A stretch of DNA of 57,359 bases from Candidatus Hodarchaeota archaeon (GTDB lineage: Archaea; Asgardarchaeota; Heimdallarchaeia; Hodarchaeales; Hodarchaeaceae), in the NCBI GenBank assembly GCA_016839815.1, contig JAEOTM010000160.1:1-57359 (forward strand). The letters run 5' to 3'. Made by a program: the position numbers and the translations under genes. Numbering within the stretch: the stretch's first letter is position 1; each line of letters opens with the position of its first letter. Under the pieces are notes generated by a model that saw nothing but the letters and a program-made list of their open reading frames with translations, did not search any database and was not told the DNA's origin. This document shows positions 50,939-57,359 of the stretch, one piece after another.

Positions 50939-51259
50939 TTAATCTCTACCAGGATCTTCTTCTACACTTGAGGTCCGCTTTCTGACTTTCTCAATTAGCT
51001 CGATTGTCACCTTATCTGGCCGTGGAATCACATTGGTAAGTAACCCACAGGAAATCTTACGAAGTTGCTGTTTTGCAGCTTCAATTGCTTCATGAACTGC
51101 TGCAACCTCACCCTCAATGATCACTATCACAAGACCACCAGAAACACGTCTTAATGAAATTAGATTCACATCAGCAGCTTTCATAGCTGTATCTGTGGCT
51201 ACAATAGCACCGATGCGTCCACAAGTCTCCATGAATCCAATTGCGTCCATAATTTTCAC
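50939..51259 (-). CDS. BMC-H hexameric shell protein
   Basis: DAIGFMETCGRIGAIVATDTAMKAADVNLI...GGLVIVIIEGEVAAVHEAIEAA. 106 aa. Confidence 0.85.
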   Translation of the reverse strand: MKIMDAIGFMETCGRIGAIVATDTAMKAADVNLISLRRVSGGLVIVIIEGEVAAVHEAIEAAKQQLRKISCGLLTNVIPRPDKVTIELIEKVRKRTSSVEEDPGRD

Positions 51260-53112
51260 CTGAATGGAGAAAAAGCCTCTTTATCTAAATCCGTGATTAA
51301 TGTCCCCATTTCTCCATTATTCAGTGCTAAGGCATTACCCTCATCAAGGTCCAGATGCAACTCCAGACTATAATCAGGATGAACTCTAATCATGACCTCA
51401 TCTAATATTCCTGCTCGTGTTCCTGGAAATTTAACCGCTACTACCTGTTTATCATTTACACTTAGTCTTTGTGCATCTTTGGGTGACATGTGAATGTGTC
51501 GTGCAGCAAATATAACTCCTTTTTCTAGTGTGATTGCTCCTTTGGGGCCAAGAAGATGTACCCCAGGAGTACCTGCTAAATTTCCTGATTGACGTGTAGG
51601 TGGATTTATCCCTAAAACATACCCATCACTACGAGAAATTTCTACTTGGGTCTCTTTTCTAAAAGGACCAAGAATTCGTACCCCATAGATTGCTCGTTTA
51701 GGACCAATTAAATCAACTACTTCTTCACATGCATATTCTTTCGGCTGGGAAAGGGAATTTAGAGGAGTTAGAGATGCATCTTCTCCAAAAAGTTTATGGA
51801 AATCACTCTTTTCCAAATGAATATGCCGTGCAGAGAGAGAGACTGGAATCTGGTTATCGCTAATAACTTTGGACAACTCTTGAGTAATAATCCTTCTTAC
51901 TAAGTTTTTATTACTTGGAGAACTATTTCGGTGAGTAATCGGTTGATACTCACACCCTAGAGGACCACAATATCTACCTACATACTCCGCAGATGGTCGA
52001 TAAATTACAGGCTTAACTGAAGGTGTTTCTGGATATTTTTCTTCCAATACATGAGCTGTCCACCCTGCTACTCTTGATGTTGTAAAGATTGGTGTAAATA
52101 AATCTACAGGTATGTTAAGACTCGTATAAACTGTAGCTCCATATAAATCTACGTTGGGATAGATCCCCCGATTCTTTCTCCGCTTAAATTCAGCCTGCGT
52201 AATCTCAACCATTTTATTTGTAGTTTCGTACATCCACTTAGCAATTCCCCCCTTCTGTTTAACAAGATCACCTGCCATTTCCTTGAGTATTTTGGCCCTT
52301 GGATCAATTGTTCGATAAACAGCATGACCCATTCCCATAACTCGTTTACCAGCATTAAAACGATTCTTTACCCATTCTTCAATACTTGGGGCTTTTTTGA
52401 TTTCCATTAAACTCTCATAGACAAGATAATTCGCTCCTCCATGATATTGTCCTGATAATGATCCGATTGCTCCAGAAATAGCTGCATAGAGATCTGCTCC
52501 TGTTGAGGCGATGACTCTTGCAGTAAATGTGGATGCATTAAAGGAATGTTCAGCATGCAAAATTAATGAGACATCAAAGATTCTTGTTTCTTCCTTTGGG
52601 GGGATTTTTCCATGAAGCATAAAAAGAAAATTAGCTGCATAGTTTAATTTGGGATTCGGCGATATAGGATCCTTATTATTTCTTATTCGTTCCCATGCAG
52701 TCACTATTATAGGGAGAAGCGCAATGATTTTTACTGCAATATTTCGATCTGACTCTTTTGTCCCTCTCCCTATCTCAGTATCATATCCTGCTAATAAGGC
52801 TAAAGACGATTGAAGAACACTCATGGAAGGAGTTGCTTTTGTAGTTTTTTGTAAATGAGTTATCAACTCTGAAGGGAGCTTTTGGTTTGATCGAATTGAA
52901 GTCTTGAATGATTTCAATTTGTCTAAAGAGGGGAGTTTTCCAAACAAAAGTAAATATACTACTTCTTCGTACGTTGAATTTCTCGCTAAATCCTTTATGT
53001 CATATCCACGAATAAAAAGATTCCCCTTATCTCCTTCAATCAAGCAAATATTAGTATCTGCAACTTCGACTCCACGGAGACCAGTTGATTTGTGGCTATG
53101 TTCTTCAATCAT
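51256..53112 (-). CDS. fusion protein: citrate-synthase-like domain (N) + PduL-type phosphotransacylase (C)
   Basis: Residues 1-~390 carry citrate-synthase-family blocks (LILHAEHSFNASTF, GMGHAVYRTIDPRA, RVAGWTAHVLEE). Residues ~400-618 carry two PduL (PF06130) repeats (ARHIHL, ARHIHM). ATGA overlap with the downstream BMC-H. Confidence 0.75.
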   Translation of the reverse strand: MIEEHSHKSTGLRGVEVADTNICLIEGDKGNLFIRGYDIKDLARNSTYEEVVYLLLFGKLPSLDKLKSFKTSIRSNQKLPSELITHLQKTTKATPSMSVLQSSLALLAGYDTEIGRGTKESDRNIAVKIIALLPIIVTAWERIRNNKDPISPNPKLNYAANFLFMLHGKIPPKEETRIFDVSLILHAEHSFNASTFTARVIASTGADLYAAISGAIGSLSGQYHGGANYLVYESLMEIKKAPSIEEWVKNRFNAGKRVMGMGHAVYRTIDPRAKILKEMAGDLVKQKGGIAKWMYETTNKMVEITQAEFKRRKNRGIYPNVDLYGATVYTSLNIPVDLFTPIFTTSRVAGWTAHVLEEKYPETPSVKPVIYRPSAEYVGRYCGPLGCEYQPITHRNSSPSNKNLVRRIITQELSKVISDNQIPVSLSARHIHLEKSDFHKLFGEDASLTPLNSLSQPKEYACEEVVDLIGPKRAIYGVRILGPFRKETQVEISRSDGYVLGINPPTRQSGNLAGTPGVHLLGPKGAITLEKGVIFAARHIHMSPKDAQRLSVNDKQVVAVKFPGTRAGILDEVMIRVHPDYSLELHLDLDEGNALALNNGEMGTLITDLDKEAFSPFR

Positions 53113-53346
53113 TGGTAGGCCTTTTTTTGTCAGCTATTATTTCTGTATCAGAAGGAAAAATCTGCTTTCCTTAAAACAGTTTTTTGTGAATCGTCTGACG
53201 ATTCAAAATTAGGAATCTCTCACAAACTTCTTGAATGCTACTCTGGTTAAATTATGAGACTTGTTTTGCAAACTAGAAAACCAATATTACTATATAATAG
53301 TGAGTAGCTTTCTCTAGAAGATTGTACATTACAGAAGGTTCAATTA

Positions 53347-54291
53347 GTGTTAATTAGAGGTTTTTCACTTGACACATCTTACCATTGTTCTGATTGTCAT
53401 TTGAAATGTTGTGCAACTGAATTCAATCTACCCCTGTGTGGATCAGAAAAATCGATTCTGAGTCAATATTACCCCGAATATCAGTTTTACCTTCAATCAA
53501 CTACAGATGGAGATTATATCCTTCGTGGGAATTCATGTCCGTTTTTAACAAACAATGGTTTGTGTCAGCTTCATTCTAAACATTTGAAACCACTCACATG
53601 TCAAATTTACCCGTTATTGTTTTGGCGATATTCCACCACCGATACTTTAGTCTCAATTCATCCTTGTCGGGGAAATGGGTTCAGTTGGTACTCAAGAAGT
53701 AATTCGCAGATCAGCAATCCTCAGCTTGAAGAACTTTTAACCAAGGCAAACATGCATTTTGAATCCTATTGGGGAGAAAATATAGACAAAAATAATCCCT
53801 ACGCAGGTATTTCCCCTACAAGGATTGAATCCCAAATAGATTACTATAATACCATTCCAGAAGACCAGTTATTGGTAAAAATAACAAGTGATTCTAATCT
53901 ACCTTCTCGATTTCTGGATTCTCAATCATCCTCTGAAAAAACCCTTATTATGATTAAAGATGGTATAGTAGGGAGATATCTAAATTCTGTACTTAATTGG
54001 CTGATTTGGAGTCCCGTAGGACTTCAGCTATCAATAAAAAACGCTCAAATGATATTTTCTGTAGCAGCTTTCTGGTTGATTAAACAGACAGAATTGAATC
54101 CTAAAATCAAAACCACTATCTTAAACAGTACTGACTATACCGAGCAAGTGGCTTCATATTATGCGAGTTCCATCCTTCCAACGTTCTGGCTTAAGATCGT
54201 CTCTGAGAGAGAAAATAAGGCTCTAAGTTCTTTCGCTAAAAAAGTATACTTAATTCTCATGGGAAAACTCTCTCAGGAGGATTTACTATAA
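53347..54291 (+). CDS. YkgJ/UPF0153-family Cys-rich (putative Fe-S/Zn) protein
   Basis: CSDCHLKCC (CxxCxxxCC) plus later Cys pairs. 314 aa. Confidence 0.45.
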   Translation: MLIRGFSLDTSYHCSDCHLKCCATEFNLPLCGSEKSILSQYYPEYQFYLQSTTDGDYILRGNSCPFLTNNGLCQLHSKHLKPLTCQIYPLLFWRYSTTDTLVSIHPCRGNGFSWYSRSNSQISNPQLEELLTKANMHFESYWGENIDKNNPYAGISPTRIESQIDYYNTIPEDQLLVKITSDSNLPSRFLDSQSSSEKTLIMIKDGIVGRYLNSVLNWLIWSPVGLQLSIKNAQMIFSVAAFWLIKQTELNPKIKTTILNSTDYTEQVASYYASSILPTFWLKIVSERENKALSSFAKKVYLILMGKLSQEDLL

Positions 54292-54394
54292 CTAATCAAG
54301 TCTCAGAAAACAGTGAGACCGAGAAAGTAAAACATTAAGAACCAATTTAAAAAGAGAATAGAATAACGAAGAATCGTTATATGAGTGAATTATT

Positions 54395-54577
54395 ATGGCA
54401 GGAAGTCACGGAAGCCTTACAAAAGCTGGCAAAGTCCGAAATCAAACTCCTAAAGTTGAAGGACGTAAAAGGAAAGGATTAACACCTATATTACGCAATA
54501 AAAAGAACTTTTACAAAAGAATCGTCAAAGAGATGCCAGTTGGCCAACCTGAATATCGTCAAGAAAGACGAAGATAA
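54395..54577 (+). CDS. rps30e: ribosomal protein S30e (eS30)
   Basis: SHGSLTKAGKVRNQTPKV is the conserved eS30 N-terminal block. Basic, 60 aa. Confidence 0.75.
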   Translation: MAGSHGSLTKAGKVRNQTPKVEGRKRKGLTPILRNKKNFYKRIVKEMPVGQPEYRQERRR

Positions 54578-54643
54578 GTATTATTATTTCTTATCATTAT
54601 AGGGAGTTTTAACATAAGCTTTACTGAAAGTAGAGCTCATTTC

Positions 54644-55231
54644 TCAGATTTTGTTTCTGTCTATATTTCTTACTACTCCATACTTTCCTCTAGAGTAAGT
54701 TAGCATTCCAGGATATCCATCTGTTTTCCACTGATCGTCAAGATGTAGTGCAACAATTCTTCCAAGGAATAAATCATGTGTACCCAGACTGATGATTTGG
54801 TCTACCTTACATTCCATACTAGCTGGGCATTCTTTAATTTGAGGAACATCAACAATTTTACTTTTCACTCTAGTAAAATTACATACTGACCACTTATCAA
54901 TCTCTCGTCCAGATTTAGTTCCACAGAGTTCCACTTCTTTAAGTATTAATTCTGTAGGAAAGTTGATTACAAATTCTTCTGTCTCCTTAATTATATCGTA
55001 AGTATATCTTTCAGGTCTTACGCCTATTGAGACTATTGGAGGATTTGAACAACTCGTTCCTGCCCAAGATAGTGTTATTATTGATTCTTTTGTATTGTGT
55101 TTTGCTGATACTAAGATCACAGGATTAGGATAAAAGAACGTACTTATACTTACCTCATTCTTCATAGATAAACTCTTCCTATACTTCCTTTTATGGAATA
55201 ACTTGAAATTGATTGTCTTATCAATTCCCAT
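54644..55231 (-). CDS. flavin reductase-like FMN-binding protein
   Basis: NPVILVSAK...SIITLSWAG...PPIVSIGV...TEEFVINFP...CGTKSGREIDKW is the flavin_reduct split-barrel pattern. Confidence 0.7.
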   Translation of the reverse strand: MGIDKTINFKLFHKRKYRKSLSMKNEVSISTFFYPNPVILVSAKHNTKESIITLSWAGTSCSNPPIVSIGVRPERYTYDIIKETEEFVINFPTELILKEVELCGTKSGREIDKWSVCNFTRVKSKIVDVPQIKECPASMECKVDQIISLGTHDLFLGRIVALHLDDQWKTDGYPGMLTYSRGKYGVVRNIDRNKI

Positions 55232-55316
55232 AAGTCAGAATAAAAACCTATGGAGGTGAAAACACCTCCTTTCAAAATAAGATTTTGCTTTACTTTGAGT
55301 ACAATCTTATCTGAAT

Positions 55317-55577
55317 TTATTTTCTGATATGATTTCCACATCGTTCACAAAAACGTGACTGTGGAGTGATCTGAGCTCCACACTGAGTACAGAAACGGAG
55401 GGAGGTGTTTTTTTCTACTTTTTCTTCATCTGGACGTTTTTTATTTGCATAGTCAGCCCAAACTGACTTATGAGGATCTAATCCTTTATCTTCTGCAAAT
55501 TTAAACCATACAGATTTTTCTGTTCTCTTTTTTTTCAAATCAGCACCTCTAGATGCCACGAGATCTGTTACCACCAT
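55317..55577 (-). CDS. small zinc-ribbon protein
   Basis: C-terminal CTQCG...CERCG. Basic, 86 aa. Confidence 0.35.
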   Translation of the reverse strand: MVVTDLVASRGADLKKKRTEKSVWFKFAEDKGLDPHKSVWADYANKKRPDEEKVEKNTSLRFCTQCGAQITPQSRFCERCGNHIRK

Positions 55578-55808
55578 TTACAATTATACAATTATTAAAT
55601 GCCCAAAGCACTAAAAAAGATTTATCATTACGGAAATCAAATCCGATTTTCGAGAGAAGATGAAAGACTTGAAGGAGATTTTTTTAAATGCCTATAATTT
55701 TGGCCTAGTAGAGAAATATAGCGAATGTTCTCTTGTACACCGAATAAATCCTCCACAACTAGATTTAAAGTCTCATAAACAGTATTTGAATAGAAAAAAA
55801 TTAGGTGA

Positions 55809-55903
55809 TAGCGGCTGGAGGATTTGAACCATCCGATCTCGGGGTTTCGCAAGAATTCCTTCTTTATGAGCCCCGCGGGATAACCTAGCTACCCTAAGCC
55901 GCT
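55809..55903 (-). tRNA. initiator tRNA-Met (CAT) with 19-nt intron
   Basis: Minus read AGCGGCT-TA-GGGT-AGCTAGGTTA-TCCC-G-CGGGG-CTCATA[AAGAAGGAATTCTTGCGAA]A-CCCCG-AGATC-GGA(T)GG-TTCAAAT-CCTCC-AGCCGCT-A. A1:U72, three G:C pairs closing the anticodon stem, A73. The T-stem needs one bulged T. Confidence 0.8.
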
Positions 55904-56214
55904 CTCCAAATCAAGCAAGGAAATTGACTCGTATACAAGGAAAAGAACGTTACTTTCGTTAGATGCTTGTTATGAGCGTTTCCGAGCAATAAAATATTGC
56001 TAACAGTTTAAATTTAACCTTTTCTAACAATCATTTCAACCAACTTAGGTGCAAGAAAGATCGTAAAATGTCAGTTGGTAAGTGGGTTAGGTCATTTTCT
56101 AGTCTTTCAATTAGCGAATTTTATATTAAGCCTGAAATGTCGTTTAATGTTGGTTATATTAAGAAATGGTGGACGACCACTTTTCATTTTCTGGATATTT
56201 GCGTGGGCGTTAGA

Positions 56215-57105
56215 TTAGAGGTAGGTTTCAGGTTCCTTTCTGTCTGAGTAACCTTTATTCAGATCACTTTGTGATTTGAGGACGCGGTGGCTCATAACGC
56301 GTGCACCAGTGGGACAGTTTTTGACGCAGGCACAACACCAGATACATGCATTGTGGTCGGTAGAAATCAACCGAAGATTATAACCAATCATTGGTGAGGG
56401 ATTGGATGATACATGTTGGATTCGAATCGCGGCCGTAGGGCATACATCAACACATGTTCCGCATTTCGTACATTGGTCCTCGCTGGTGGAAGGAGTGGCT
56501 AATTCGCCGTAGTCGTACCAGGTGAGATTAGCCCGCATCGACAACGAGTATGGGCTTGTGCCAGGGGGAGTTACGGGGGAGAGGTTCTCAATCGTATCAG
56601 CTTTCGCATATTTGGCTCGGATCTGTTTTCCAAAGGCTTCTGCTTTGGCGAGATCCTTTGCGTCTGGTCGTCCATGCGCGGTTGGCACCTCTGGGAGGCT
56701 AAACGAGTGTTCACATAAGAAGACGCCCGCAGCGATGGGTTGGAATCCTACTTCCGAGACGATGTCACCTAATTCATATAATGCATCCTCATAGGCTCGG
56801 TTGCCGTAGGTAACCACAATGACGGCGGGGATTTTGTGTGGACGTTTGGTACCGTAGGGTTCTCGGTTGCTTGTTAGCCTGCGTATCCGATAGGCAGCTT
56901 CAGTAGGTACACGCCCTGCATAGACTGGTACAGAGATGATGGTGAGCTCATCGGTGAATTCTGAAAATTTCTGAGTTCGTGCACTCGGTGGGGTCAAATC
57001 AACATATTCTATGGGGGCTTGGATGCCTTTGGCGATAGTTTCAGCCACTTTTCTTGAGCCCCCCGTTGGGGAGAAACTGATAACTTGTACTGCCTTAATT
57101 TTCAA
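56215..57105 (-). CDS. flavodoxin-like domain + 2x[4Fe-4S] ferredoxin-domain protein
   Basis: N-terminal flavodoxin-like fold, C-terminal CTKCGTCVDVCP and CIWCCACVKNCP. Gene GC markedly higher than its surroundings. Confidence 0.7.
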   Translation of the reverse strand: MKIKAVQVISFSPTGGSRKVAETIAKGIQAPIEYVDLTPPSARTQKFSEFTDELTIISVPVYAGRVPTEAAYRIRRLTSNREPYGTKRPHKIPAVIVVTYGNRAYEDALYELGDIVSEVGFQPIAAGVFLCEHSFSLPEVPTAHGRPDAKDLAKAEAFGKQIRAKYAKADTIENLSPVTPPGTSPYSLSMRANLTWYDYGELATPSTSEDQCTKCGTCVDVCPTAAIRIQHVSSNPSPMIGYNLRLISTDHNACIWCCACVKNCPTGARVMSHRVLKSQSDLNKGYSDRKEPETYL

Positions 57106-57359
57106 TCGAAATTACCTCAGGCGGGTTTGATTTCCTCAAAGATATATAAATCTACTATGAGATATGAGGAACCTGCCATTTGATTACATCCAACTTTCGC
57201 AAATTTTCTTATTCAAAATGTCGTAAAATATCTGTTTGAAGACATAAAAGGAATATCAATAACTGACTACAGATTCTTTAGGAAATTCTTTTAATTGTCC
57301 CATTTTCGAAGTTTGATAGCAACCCTTGAACAGACCTTTAAACATGCCCCACAAGCCAG

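Overview
AT-rich (~35% GC) archaeal window with hallmark Asgard (Lokiarchaeia-like) content. Recognised genes include TFB, RadA, RpoN, ribosomal S2 and S30e, MetRS, and two intron-containing tRNAs. There is a contiguous ESCRT cluster: ESCRT-I Vps23/UEV and Vps28, ESCRT-II Vps22 and Vps25, two ESCRT-III and Vps4. A eukaryote-like ubiquitin toolkit is also present: E1, ubiquitin, E2 and a RING-like finger. Several small GTPases occur, one Arf-like and one roadblock-fused Ras-like. The striking part is an 11-kb, single-strand, operon-like bacterial-microcompartment (BMC) locus at 42173-53112. It has 2 BMC-H, 3 BMC-P (one with a 90-aa K/E/P-rich tail), and a PduT-like BMC-T with the Fe-S Cys. Its enzymes are a CoA-acylating aldehyde dehydrogenase, a PduS/RnfC-like oxidoreductase, RpiB, a deoxyribose-phosphate aldolase with an N-terminal extension, and acetate kinase. 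It also carries a citrate-synthase-like::PduL fusion. This is a sugar-phosphate-utilisation (SPU)-type metabolosome embedded in an Asgard chromosome context. A second notable structure is a ~85-bp direct repeat present four times between 3.1 and 7.6 kb. Each copy re-encodes the last ~16 codons of tfb plus a T-rich tail, with divergence concentrated at codon third positions. The repeats flank small cassettes (a VapBC pair and secreted proteins). The region also contains many surface and membrane proteins (SBBP beta-propeller protein, two MFS transporters, PAP2 phosphatase) and a high-GC flavodoxin/ferredoxin gene beside the initiator-tRNA gene.
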